In this document: positions 1 to 10,072 of the stretch, one piece after another
Numbering within the stretch: position 1 is the first letter of the stretch
How the letters are laid out: the number at the start of each line of letters is the position of its first letter
Source of the DNA: Rudaea sp.
GTDB taxonomy: Bacteria > Pseudomonadota > Gammaproteobacteria > Burkholderiales > Casimicrobiaceae
DNA length: 51,423 nucleotides
NCBI GenBank assembly: GCA_050257435.1
Contig: JBLMWW010000092.1
Span: 1-51,423, forward strand
Direction of reading: 5' to 3'
The notes under the pieces: generated by a model
What the model saw: only the letters and a program-made list of their open reading frames with translations
Database searches by the model: none
What the model was told of the DNA's origin: nothing
Position numbers and translations under genes: made by a program

Positions 1-612
1 CTCCTCGCTCTGGATGCGGTTGACTGCCTTCTGCACCGCGGGATCGAAGTCCTGGATGCCGAACGAGATGCGGTTGAAGCCGAGCTCGCGCAGGAACGCG
101 ATCGTCGAAGCCTCCACCTTCCGGGGGTCGACCTCGATCGACGCCTCGGTGTCGGAGGCGAACGCGAACGCATCGCGCAGCATGCGCATCAGCGAGGCCA
201 TTTCCTCGTGAGCGAGGAAGGTCGGCGTCCCGCCGCCCCAGTGCAGCTGCTGGACCGTACGATCGCCTTCGATCAGCGACGAGACGATGCCGATCTCGTG
301 GCCGAGGTAGCGCGTGTACTTCGCCGAGCGCCCGCGGTTCGCCGTGATGATCTTGTTGCAGGCGCAGTAGTAGCAGATCGTGTTGCAGAACGGCAGATGC
401 ACGTAGAGCGACAACGGCTGCGCCGTCGGCGCGTCGCGCCGGGCGGCGAGCGCCTCGACGTAATGCGCGGCCGTGAAGCCGCCATGGAAGCGGTCCGCCG
501 TCGGGTACGACGTGTAGCGCGGCCCGAAGCCGTCGTACTTGCGGATCAGGTCGGGATCGAAGCGCAGGCCGCCGGCGGGCGCGTCGTTGAGAGAAGCCAG
601 GGACTCGTCCAT
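1..612 (-). CDS. hemN: Oxygen-independent coproporphyrinogen III oxidase (radical SAM), 5' part; runs off the window edge
   Basis: Manual translation from ATG at 612: MDESL...KYDGFGPRYTSYPTADRF...LSLYVHLPFCNTICYYCACNK...LHWGGGTPT. This gives the HemN GPRYTSYP motif plus CxxxCxxC. Not in the ORF track because it is truncated. Confidence 0.95.
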   Translation of the reverse strand, partial: MDESLASLNDAPAGGLRFDPDLIRKYDGFGPRYTSYPTADRFHGGFTAAHYVEALAARRDAPTAQPLSLYVHLPFCNTICYYCACNKIITANRGRSAKYTRYLGHEIGIVSSLIEGDRTVQQLHWGGGTPTFLAHEEMASLMRMLRDAFAFASDTEASIEVDPRKVEASTIAFLRELGFNRISFGIQDFDPAVQKAVNRIQSEE

Positions 613-648
613 GCGGCGAAGTGTCGCACAGCCGATGGCCGTCCCGCC

Positions 649-662
649 TTGAGGGAAATCAA
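649..662 (-). promoter_or_regulatory. FNR-type box upstream of hemN
   Basis: Minus strand TTGAT-TTCC-CTCAA (consensus TTGAT-N4-ATCAA); candidate -10 GACACT at 625-620, 23 nt away. Confidence 0.8.
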
Positions 663-699
663 ACGCATCTCCGGCACGTGCCGGACACGTGCCGAAGGG

Positions 700-2370
700 C
701 TAGTGGCTCGTCCCGGCCGAGCGTGTGGTCTTGTTGTACACGTTGTACTTGCCGGACGGCTTCACCATCGGGATGCGCTTCACCTCGCGCAGCGTCGCCG
801 CGTCGTAGACGACGATTGCCCCGTCGTTCTCCCAGATGCTCGCGAGGGCAAAACGTCCGTCGCGGGTGAATTCGATGTGCGCGGCCGTCTTGCCGGGCGC
901 GGGGCGCAGCGTGGCGACGACTTCCAGCGACCGCTTGTCGATGACCTGCAGCACGTCCTTCTGCGGGCTGTTGAACGCGTCGACCCAGGCATAGGGGGTC
1001 TTCTCGTGGCTGCGCAGGAAGAAGCCCGGGCCCGCCGTGGGAATGTGCGCCACCGTCTTCCAGGTCTTCATGTCGATCACCGTCACCTGCCCTTCCTTGA
1101 GGTTCGGCGTGGCGAGCACCGGGCGGCCCTGCCATTGCCAGGTGATGCCCGAGCCGAGATGCGGCAATCCCGGCAGGTCGACTTCGGCGATCTTGCGGCG
1201 GACGTTGAGATTGACGACCTGGCCCGTGTGGCCGTCGCGCGCGGCACCGATCAGGTGATCGTACGCAGGATCGAAGAAGAAATCGTCGAGGATGTCGTCG
1301 AGGACGATGCGACGGATGCCGAAGGGCTTCGGCGTGGCGAGGCCCTCGCCCATGCGATAGTCGTGCACGAGCCCTTCGTACACCGGCCCGGTCTTGTCGC
1401 CGTAGGGCAACTCCCACACTTCGGGAATGTCCTTCAGCGCGACGATGAAGCTCTCGCGGGGGGCCGCGTCGTAGACGGCCGAGACGCGCGACGTGCGGCC
1501 GCGCGCGTCGGCGGCGGGGATCACCTTGAGGAGCGAGAGATCGCGCGCATCGAGCATCACGAGCGTGTGCGGCAGGTAATTGCCGACCAGCACGTAGCGG
1601 CCGTCGGACGAGACGGCGAGGTTGCGCGTGTTGATGCCGGCGCGCACTTCCGCGACGAGCGTCAGGTTCCAGATGTCGTAGAGGCTGATCCAGCCGTCGC
1701 GCGAGGCGAAGTAGACGTAGCGGCCGTCGGGCGAGAACTTGGGGCCGCCGTGGAGCGCAAAGCGCGTCGGGAAGCGGCGCACGGGCTCGAACGTGTCGCC
1801 GTCGAGAATCGTCGCGTGATGATCGCCGCTTTCGACGACGACGAACAGGTTGAGGGGATCGGCCGCGAACACCGGCTTCGCCGGCAACGACGCCCGATCC
1901 ACGTACGCGATGCGGCTGGCGACGATCTCGCGCTCCCCCCAGACCGGCGTGCGCGCGGGGGGCGCATAGATGTATGCGACGAGCGCATCGATGTCGCCTT
2001 GCGACAGGCGATCGCCGAACGCCGGCATTTGCGTCGCGAGCCTTCCCTTCGCGATCGTGTCCGCGGCGGCCGGTTTGCGCAGTCGCTCGAGATTCTCGGG
2101 AAGGAGCGCCGGCCCCGTTCCGCCCAGGCGCTCGGCGCCATGGCACGACGCGCAATGCGTCGCGTAGTTTTGCGCCGCCGCACCCGGCGCCGGTGCATCG
2201 GTCGCCGTTGCCGCCTGCGCGGGCACCGAAGGGGGAACGGCGGCCGGCGCTCGCCGGACGTCCGGCACGGGGTCCGCGGCGCTCGCGAGCGACGCGACGA
2301 AGGCCGCGACGCACGCCATGGCCGCTGCGCAGCCCGCGCGCGTCGCCCGCGCCCGCACTCCGCGCCGCAC
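700..2370 (-). CDS. nirN: Heme d1 biosynthesis dehydrogenase NirN (cytochrome c domain plus d1-type beta-propeller)
   Basis: CASCH heme motif, TQMPAF, LHGGPKFSPDGRYVYF, C-terminal PSGKYNVYNK. Start is uncertain: GTG 2370 after GAGGAG, or ATG 2319. Confidence 0.9.
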   Translation of the reverse strand: MRRGVRARATRAGCAAAMACVAAFVASLASAADPVPDVRRAPAAVPPSVPAQAATATDAPAPGAAAQNYATHCASCHGAERLGGTGPALLPENLERLRKPAAADTIAKGRLATQMPAFGDRLSQGDIDALVAYIYAPPARTPVWGEREIVASRIAYVDRASLPAKPVFAADPLNLFVVVESGDHHATILDGDTFEPVRRFPTRFALHGGPKFSPDGRYVYFASRDGWISLYDIWNLTLVAEVRAGINTRNLAVSSDGRYVLVGNYLPHTLVMLDARDLSLLKVIPAADARGRTSRVSAVYDAAPRESFIVALKDIPEVWELPYGDKTGPVYEGLVHDYRMGEGLATPKPFGIRRIVLDDILDDFFFDPAYDHLIGAARDGHTGQVVNLNVRRKIAEVDLPGLPHLGSGITWQWQGRPVLATPNLKEGQVTVIDMKTWKTVAHIPTAGPGFFLRSHEKTPYAWVDAFNSPQKDVLQVIDKRSLEVVATLRPAPGKTAAHIEFTRDGRFALASIWENDGAIVVYDAATLREVKRIPMVKPSGKYNVYNKTTRSAGTSH

Positions 2371-2380
2371 GCTCCTCACG

Positions 2381-3586
2381 TCAGGCCACCTGCGCGGCGC
2401 GACGAACGCGAAGGTACGGCTTCGCCGGCATGCGCTGCCGTCCCGGTGCGATGCCGAGCTCGTCGTCGTCGAGGTAGCACGCCGGATCCTCGGCCCATGC
2501 GTCGCCGTACGCCTTCCACGCGCGAACGCGCGTGTTGCCGCCGCAGATCGCGAAGTGCGCACACTCGCCGCAGCGGCCCCCGACGCGCCGCGGGCGCGCC
2601 TTGAGACCCGCCATGATGGGGTCCGACGTGTCGGACCAGATCTCGGAGAAGCGCCGCCTTCTCACGTTGCCGAGCGTGTAGTCCCACCAGAACGTGTCGG
2701 GGTGGACGTTGCCGAGGTTGTCGATGTTGGCGACGTTCACGCCCGACGCGTTGCCGCCCCATTGGGCGAGCTTCGCCGCGAGGTGCCCCGCGCGCTCCGG
2801 GAAGCGCTGCCGCGCCCATTGCAGCAGGTACACGCCATCGGCGTCGTTGTTGCCGCTCACGAATTCCCTCGGCCGGCCGGCCTCGAGATGCCGCCAGCAG
2901 GTCTCGAACAGCAGATCCATCGCGCGGCGCGTCGTGAGGAGCGCGGCGTCGGTCTTGCGGTTGATGTCGCCGCGCCCGCCGTAGTTCAGGTGCGACAGGT
3001 AGAACTTGTCGACGTCCTCCGTCTCCATCAGCGCGAGGAGCGCCGGAAGATCCTGCGCGTTGTCCTGGGTCAGCGTGAAGCGCAGGCCCACCTTGATCCC
3101 GGCGTCACGCAGCAGGCGCACGGCCGCGAGCGAGGCGTCGAACGCGCCCGCCTTGCGCCGAAAGCGGTCGTGCGTCGTGCGCAGGCCGTCGAGGCTGATG
3201 CCGACGTAGTCGTAGCCCACCGCCGCGATCCTCGGCAGCATCGCCTGGTCGATCAGCGTGCCGTTCGTCGACAGGCCGACATAGAAGCCCATCGCCTTGG
3301 CGCGATGGGAGATCGCGAAGATGTCGGGATGCAGAAGCGGCTCGCCGCCCGACAGGATCAGCACCGGCACGCCGAAGGCGCGCAGGTCATCCATCGTCGC
3401 CTCGATCTCGCGCGGGGTGAGCTCGCCGGGAAAATCGATGTCGGCAGAAATCGAGTAGCAATGCTGGCACGCGAGATTGCAGCGGCGGATCAGGTTCCAG
3501 ATGACGACCGGACCGGGCGGGTCGCGGCGTGGACCGATCGGCGTCGGCGAGCGGATCTCCTGCATGTACTGGGTGATGCGAAACAT
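2381..3586 (-). CDS. nirJ: Heme d1 biosynthesis radical SAM protein NirJ
   Basis: MFRITQYM start, VVIWNLIRRCNLACQHCY, C-terminal Cys-rich region (CGECAHFAICGG, EDPACY); nir cluster context. Confidence 0.93.
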   Translation of the reverse strand: MFRITQYMQEIRSPTPIGPRRDPPGPVVIWNLIRRCNLACQHCYSISADIDFPGELTPREIEATMDDLRAFGVPVLILSGGEPLLHPDIFAISHRAKAMGFYVGLSTNGTLIDQAMLPRIAAVGYDYVGISLDGLRTTHDRFRRKAGAFDASLAAVRLLRDAGIKVGLRFTLTQDNAQDLPALLALMETEDVDKFYLSHLNYGGRGDINRKTDAALLTTRRAMDLLFETCWRHLEAGRPREFVSGNNDADGVYLLQWARQRFPERAGHLAAKLAQWGGNASGVNVANIDNLGNVHPDTFWWDYTLGNVRRRRFSEIWSDTSDPIMAGLKARPRRVGGRCGECAHFAICGGNTRVRAWKAYGDAWAEDPACYLDDDELGIAPGRQRMPAKPYLRVRRAAQVA

Positions 3587-3611
3587 GGGCGGCCTCGTGC
3601 TTGCGGGAGTG

Positions 3612-4127
3612 TCAGGACGTCGAAGGTTCGGAGTTGCGCTCCGCCGCGATGCGCAGGCCGGTCTTCTTCAGGATGCGCGTGCTGTAGAGGATGTCGTGCG
3701 CGCGCACCGCGTCGCCGAGGAGCGCGGCGATCCTGGCGACCTCCGCTTCCACCTCGCCGCGGTCTTGTCCATGGACCATCGCAAAGAGGTTGTAACGCCA
3801 GTGCGGGAGCCGTCGCGGGCGGCGATAGCAGTGGGTGACGCCGGGCAGTGCGCCGATGCGCGCGCCGAGCGCGTCGACGCGCGAGTCGTCGACGTCGAAC
3901 ACGCTCATGCCGTTCGCCCGCCAGCCAAGCGCGTAATGGTTGGGCACCGCGCCGATGCGGCGAATGCGCCCGTCGGCCAGCATCGCGCGCACGCGCTCGC
4001 GCACGACCTCGGGCGCGACGCCGATTCGATCCGCCACCGTGTCGTACGGCCGCGCCGTGAGCGGCATGCCGCCCTGCAGCGCGCGGACGATCGCGCGGTC
4101 GAGCGGCGCGAGCGCAGGTCCGTTCAT
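3612..4127 (-). CDS. nirH: Siroheme decarboxylase subunit NirH (AsnC-like)
   Basis: From ATG 4127: LQGGMPLTARPY...HCYRRPRRLPHWRYNLFAMVHG...STRILKKTG; 4-bp overlap with nirG. Confidence 0.88.
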   Translation of the reverse strand: MNGPALAPLDRAIVRALQGGMPLTARPYDTVADRIGVAPEVVRERVRAMLADGRIRRIGAVPNHYALGWRANGMSVFDVDDSRVDALGARIGALPGVTHCYRRPRRLPHWRYNLFAMVHGQDRGEVEAEVARIAALLGDAVRAHDILYSTRILKKTGLRIAAERNSEPSTS

Positions 4128-4591
4128 GGGCCGGTGGCGCGCTCGGGCGCGACCTTGAGGTCGAGCCCGACGAAGTATTCGCGCTCCTTGGGAAAGGTCA
4201 GCACCGCAAGCCCCGTGCGCGCCTCGATTGCGGCTACGGCATGCGCGGTCGCCTCCGGCGTTTCCGTCGCAAGCACGAACCACATGTTCAGGGGATGCTC
4301 GCGCGCGTAGTTGTGCGCGACCTCCGGCAATGCATTGACCGCGCCCGCGACGTCGTCGAATTCGTGCGGCGGAACGCTCATGGCGGCGAGCGTGAACGCG
4401 CCTCCCATCCGCTCGATCTGGAAGAGCGGGCCGAAGCGCGTCAGCGTCCCCTCGCGCAGCAACCGGTCGATGCGGGCGATCAGGTCGCCCTCCGTGGTCC
4501 CGAGAGACCGCGCCGCCTCGAGAAACGGCCGCTCGCACACCGGAAAGCCGGTCTGCAAGCGATCGACGATCGCGCGGTCGACGTCATCCAT
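4124..4591 (-). CDS. nirG: Siroheme decarboxylase subunit NirG (AsnC-like)
   Basis: From ATG 4591: MDDVDRAIVDRLQTGFPVCERPF...VAHNYAREHPLNMWFVLATE. Confidence 0.88.
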   Translation of the reverse strand: MDDVDRAIVDRLQTGFPVCERPFLEAARSLGTTEGDLIARIDRLLREGTLTRFGPLFQIERMGGAFTLAAMSVPPHEFDDVAGAVNALPEVAHNYAREHPLNMWFVLATETPEATAHAVAAIEARTGLAVLTFPKEREYFVGLDLKVAPERATGP

Positions 4592-5597
4592 GAAGCGGTG
4601 CGCCGGCAAAGGAAAGCGCTCCGCGCTGCTTGAACGCGGTGCGCGAGAATAGCCGCGCATGCGGGAAACGCCACAGGCCCTGTCGCTTCGCGATCGCCTC
4701 GAGCGACGACTCGACGTGCCCGCGCTCGCGCCCGTGGATCATGCAGAACAGGTTGTACGGCCAAGCGGGCAGCGCACGCTCGCGCCGGTAGCAGAGCGTC
4801 ACGCCGCTCTCGCGGGAAAGCGCCTCCCCTTGTTCATCGACCTCGGCGTCGGGGACGTCCCACACGGCCATGACGTTGGCGACGTAGCCCAACTCGCGGT
4901 GGCGCACGATCACGCCGACGCGCTTCACGGTGCCGTCCCGCAGCCAGTCGCGCAGGCGACGAATGACGCGTGCTTCGCCTTGCGTGGGTGGCAATTGCGC
5001 CTTCGCCGCGATCGCGGCGAAAGGCCGCGGCTCGAGCGGCAACCCCTCCTGCAGCGCGGCCGCGATGCGCGCATCCTCGGAGTCGAGCGCGGCCGGCACG
5101 GGCATTCCGCCGTGCGCGGGCGGGGCGAGGCTGCCGTGGCGCGCGCCGTCGAGCGCGAAGCCCAGGTCGATGCAGTATTCCCGCACCAGCGGCAGCGAGA
5201 CGACGGGCAGCACGGTTTCCCGCTCGATCTCGGCGATGAGCGATGCGAGCAGCGCGCGATCGGGGGCGTGCGCCACGAACCACACGTTGAAGCGATGCTC
5301 CCGCTCGTAGTTGTGGTTGACGCCCGGGTAGGCGTTGATGCGTCGCGCCACGTCGGCCAGTCGCGCGCGCGGCACCGCCATCGCGGCCAACGTGCTCACG
5401 CCCACGCTGCCCGGCCGGAAGATGGCGCCGACGCGGCTCACCGTGCCCTCGCCGATCCAGCGCCGCAGCTTCGCGAGCACCCAGTCCTGGGTCGTCGCGA
5501 GCCGGGTCGCGATCTCCGCATAGGGCGCCTCGCACAGCGGAAAATCGCGCTGGAAGCGCGAGAGCAGCACGTGCTCGCGGTCGGGGACGATGTGCAC
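4584..5597 (-). CDS. nirDL: Fused siroheme decarboxylase NirD-NirL
   Basis: 337 aa with two AsnC-like halves (VNHNYEREHRFNVWFV; LCYRRERALPAWPYNLFCMIHG...FKQRGA). Confidence 0.85.
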   Translation of the reverse strand: MHIVPDREHVLLSRFQRDFPLCEAPYAEIATRLATTQDWVLAKLRRWIGEGTVSRVGAIFRPGSVGVSTLAAMAVPRARLADVARRINAYPGVNHNYEREHRFNVWFVAHAPDRALLASLIAEIERETVLPVVSLPLVREYCIDLGFALDGARHGSLAPPAHGGMPVPAALDSEDARIAAALQEGLPLEPRPFAAIAAKAQLPPTQGEARVIRRLRDWLRDGTVKRVGVIVRHRELGYVANVMAVWDVPDAEVDEQGEALSRESGVTLCYRRERALPAWPYNLFCMIHGRERGHVESSLEAIAKRQGLWRFPHARLFSRTAFKQRGALSFAGAPLHG

Positions 5598-5598
5598 G

Positions 5599-6783
5599 TT
5601 AGAAGCCCGTTCGTGCCGCGCGGCTCGTGAAGAAGATGCCGCTCGGGCTCGCCACCGCGAGCGCGGCCACCGCCTGGCGCGTCGCGGTGTCGTACACCAG
5701 GACGCGATCGTCGTCGCGCGCGGAGATCCATACCGCTTCGCCGCGGGGCGTGAACTCGAGGTGCAGGATCGCCTTGCCGGGCCGCAGCGTCTGCGCGACG
5801 CTGCGCGTCTCCGTGTCGATGACCTGCACGAGGCCGTTGTCGGGAAACGCGAAGTTCACCCACACTTCGCGCCCGTCGGGACGCGCGATGACGAACACCG
5901 GCTGGCCGGCGACCGGGATCTGCGCCACCTGCCGCCAGTCGCGCGTATCGACGACCAGGACCGCGTGATGGCCGATCGCGGGCAGGTAGGCGCGATCGCC
6001 GGCGATCGCCCAGCCGCGCAAATGCGGCATCTTGTACACGGGCAGCCTCTCGCTTCCCCGGCCGTAGCCGTCGAGGATGCGGCGCACGCCGCGCTCGGGG
6101 TGCCACAGGTCGAGCAGCGCGAGTCCGTCCTCCCCGAAGAGCCCCGCGACGTAATAGCGTCCGTCGGGCGTGACGAGCCCATCGTACGGCTGCTTGCCGA
6201 CGTTCCTGAAGCGATCGATTCTCGGCGCGCGCGGATCGGAAAGGTCGGCCACCCAGATCTCGCCGGCGTCGTACAAGCTGAACACCAGCCGCTTGCCCGG
6301 CGCGTCCGCGAGGCCGACCACCTTCGAGCGCGCGCCGTCGCTGCCGTACGTCGCCGGGATGTCCGCGACGAGGTCGAGCGTATCGGCGCGAAAGACCTTG
6401 ACGCCACCCGGCTCGTAGTTTTGCGCGGCGACCAGCGTGCCGTCCTGGAGAATGGCACCCCCGATCGAATTGCCCGCCTGCACCGTGCGCGCGGCGATCG
6501 TTCGCGTCAGGAGGTCGACCTTGGTGAGCCCGCCGTCGCGGCCGAAGACGTACGCGTAGCGGCCATCGCGCGAGTAGACGGCCGACGCGTGCGACAGATC
6601 CCCGAGGCCTGCGACCGTGCCGAGGCTCATGTGCGACGTGGTGTCGACGACCTGCACGCGTCCACTCTCACGCTCGATGACGACGCCGAGGTCGCCGGTG
6701 CCGCGCAGGTCGGACGTCGGCGCGCCGGCGCACGCCGCGACGAGCGCCGCGGCGACGACCGGCGCCATCCACTTAGCGCGCAT
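5599..6783 (-). CDS. nirF: Heme d1 biosynthesis protein NirF (probable lipoprotein, beta-propeller)
   Basis: Lipobox-like LVAAC, RGTGDLGVVIER, GDLSHASAVYSRDGRYAYVFGRDGG, YKMPHLRGW, SPSGIFFTSRA. Confidence 0.92.
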   Translation of the reverse strand: MRAKWMAPVVAAALVAACAGAPTSDLRGTGDLGVVIERESGRVQVVDTTSHMSLGTVAGLGDLSHASAVYSRDGRYAYVFGRDGGLTKVDLLTRTIAARTVQAGNSIGGAILQDGTLVAAQNYEPGGVKVFRADTLDLVADIPATYGSDGARSKVVGLADAPGKRLVFSLYDAGEIWVADLSDPRAPRIDRFRNVGKQPYDGLVTPDGRYYVAGLFGEDGLALLDLWHPERGVRRILDGYGRGSERLPVYKMPHLRGWAIAGDRAYLPAIGHHAVLVVDTRDWRQVAQIPVAGQPVFVIARPDGREVWVNFAFPDNGLVQVIDTETRSVAQTLRPGKAILHLEFTPRGEAVWISARDDDRVLVYDTATRQAVAALAVASPSGIFFTSRAARTGF

Positions 6784-7153
6784 CCGCTTCTCCCTGCTTG
6801 AGCCGGGCGACGAGCCACTCGGCCTCCGCCTCGGTCATGAACGGCCGCCACGGCGGCATCGGGGTGCCTGCGCGTCCGAACATGATCGTGGCCGCCAGCG
6901 TCTCGTCGGGCTTGTCGCGCAGCGCACCACGGGTGAGCGGCGGACCGAGGCCGCCGGTCAGGCGCAGGCCGTGACACGCACCGCAGTCCCGGTGCAGCAG
7001 GCGCACGAGTTCGCGCTGGCGCGGCATCGAGGGCGCGGTGACCTGCACGTCCGGCGCCGCGCCCGCCGGCTGCGACAGCGCCAGCAGCGCCACGCCGCCG
7101 ACGGCGCAAAGCGCCCGGGCGTACGCCGCCACGGGCGCCTCGCGATGGGTCAC
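6773..7153 (-). CDS. nirC: Small c-type cytochrome NirC
   Basis: Signal peptide, DCGACHGLRLTGGLGPPL, GTPMPPW; lies between nirS and nirF. Confidence 0.88.
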   Translation of the reverse strand: MTHREAPVAAYARALCAVGGVALLALSQPAGAAPDVQVTAPSMPRQRELVRLLHRDCGACHGLRLTGGLGPPLTRGALRDKPDETLAATIMFGRAGTPMPPWRPFMTEAEAEWLVARLKQGEADAR

Positions 7154-7177
7154 GTCGTCGGTCTCCTGGGCGTTGCG

Positions 7178-9007
<1,830 letters not shown>

Positions 9008-9058
9008 TTAAATGAACAAAGCAATCGATGTCGATTTTTCGCTCGCAAGTATCCGCAG

Positions 9059-9072
9059 TTGCCGCGAATCAA
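9059..9072. promoter_or_regulatory. FNR/DNR-type box 1 in the nirS-nirE divergent region
   Basis: TTGCC-GCGA-ATCAA (one perfect half-site). Confidence 0.6.
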
Positions 9073-9075
9073 ACC

Positions 9076-9089
9076 TTGACCAAGATTAA
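9076..9089. promoter_or_regulatory. FNR/DNR-type box 2 in the nirS-nirE divergent region
   Basis: TTGAC-CAAG-ATTAA; -10-like TATCGT at 9112-9117, 22 nt downstream toward nirE. Confidence 0.72.
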
Positions 9090-9256
9090 TGTTTGCAATC
9101 CGCGCCGCCCCTATCGTGGCAACCGATCCCGCGTGCGGGAAGACGAGGAGCGCGATGGACGAGGGTTGCGACATGCGGGAGTGGCGTGCGGGCGTGCCGC
9201 CAGGCCGTGGGCGGCGCAGGGCTTCGTACGGTTTCCCGACGCATGCTCGCGCAGAA

Positions 9257-10072
9257 ATGGGGAGCGTGGCCCTCGTGGGCGCCGGCCCGGGCGATCCCGA
9301 GCTCCTGACGCTGAAGGCGGTCCGTCTGATCGAGGCTGCGGATGCGATCGTCCACGATCGGCTCGTCTCGCCGTCGATTCTCGAGCTCGCGCCTCGTGCG
9401 CGGAAGTTCTACGTGGGCAAGGCGCGCGATCGGCATGCGTTACCGCAGCACGAGATCAACGCATTGCTCGTACGGCTGGCCGGCGAGGGAAAGCGCGTCG
9501 TGCGCCTCAAGGGCGGCGATCCGTTCATCTTCGGACGCGGCGGCGAGGAGCTGGAGGCGCTCGTGGCGAGCGGCGTCCAATGCGAGGTCGTGCCGGGCAT
9601 CAGCGCCGCGAACGGCATCGCGGCCCATGCCGGCATTCCGCTCACGCATCGCGACCATGCGCAGACCTGCGTCTTCGTCACCGGGCACCTCAAGGACGGC
9701 ACGATGGATCTCGACTGGGATGCGCTCGCACGCCCCCGCCAGACGCTCGTCGTCTACATGGGGCTCGCCGCGCTCCCCACGCTTTGCGCGGAGCTCGTGC
9801 GGCACGGGCTCGGGCCGGCGACACCCGCCGCCGTCGTCGAAAACGGGACCACGCAGCGGCAGCGCGTCGTCTCGGGCACGCTCGCGGACCTCCCCGAGCG
9901 CGCGATGACGGCCCGCGTTGCCTCGCCGACGCTCATCATCGTCGGCGGCGTCGTCGCGTTCCGTGAACGACTTCGCGCCTACGCGCCGGCCGCAGTTTCC
10001 CCGATCGTGCCCAGCGCCTTGGTGAGCATCACCGTCGAGCCGTCGGAGGACGGCGCGACCGTGAATCCGTAG
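9257..10072 (+). CDS. nirE: Uroporphyrinogen-III C-methyltransferase (SUMT) for heme d1
   Basis: [51 protein letters not shown]; no CysG dehydrogenase domain; adjacent to the nir cluster. Confidence 0.88.
   Translation: MGSVALVGAGPGDPELLTLKAVRLIEAADAIVHDRLVSPSILELAPRARKFYVGKARDRHALPQHEINALLVRLAGEGKRVVRLKGGDPFIFGRGGEELEALVASGVQCEVVPGISAANGIAAHAGIPLTHRDHAQTCVFVTGHLKDGTMDLDWDALARPRQTLVVYMGLAALPTLCAELVRHGLGPATPAAVVENGTTQRQRVVSGTLADLPERAMTARVASPTLIIVGGVVAFRERLRAYAPAAVSPIVPSALVSITVEPSEDGATVNP

Noticed and set aside
9089-10072. Calling this gene cysG, or using the TTG/ATG-track start at 9089
   Set aside because: There is no dehydrogenase/chelatase domain, similarity begins at ATG 9257, and 9089 lies upstream of the predicted TSS (~9124).
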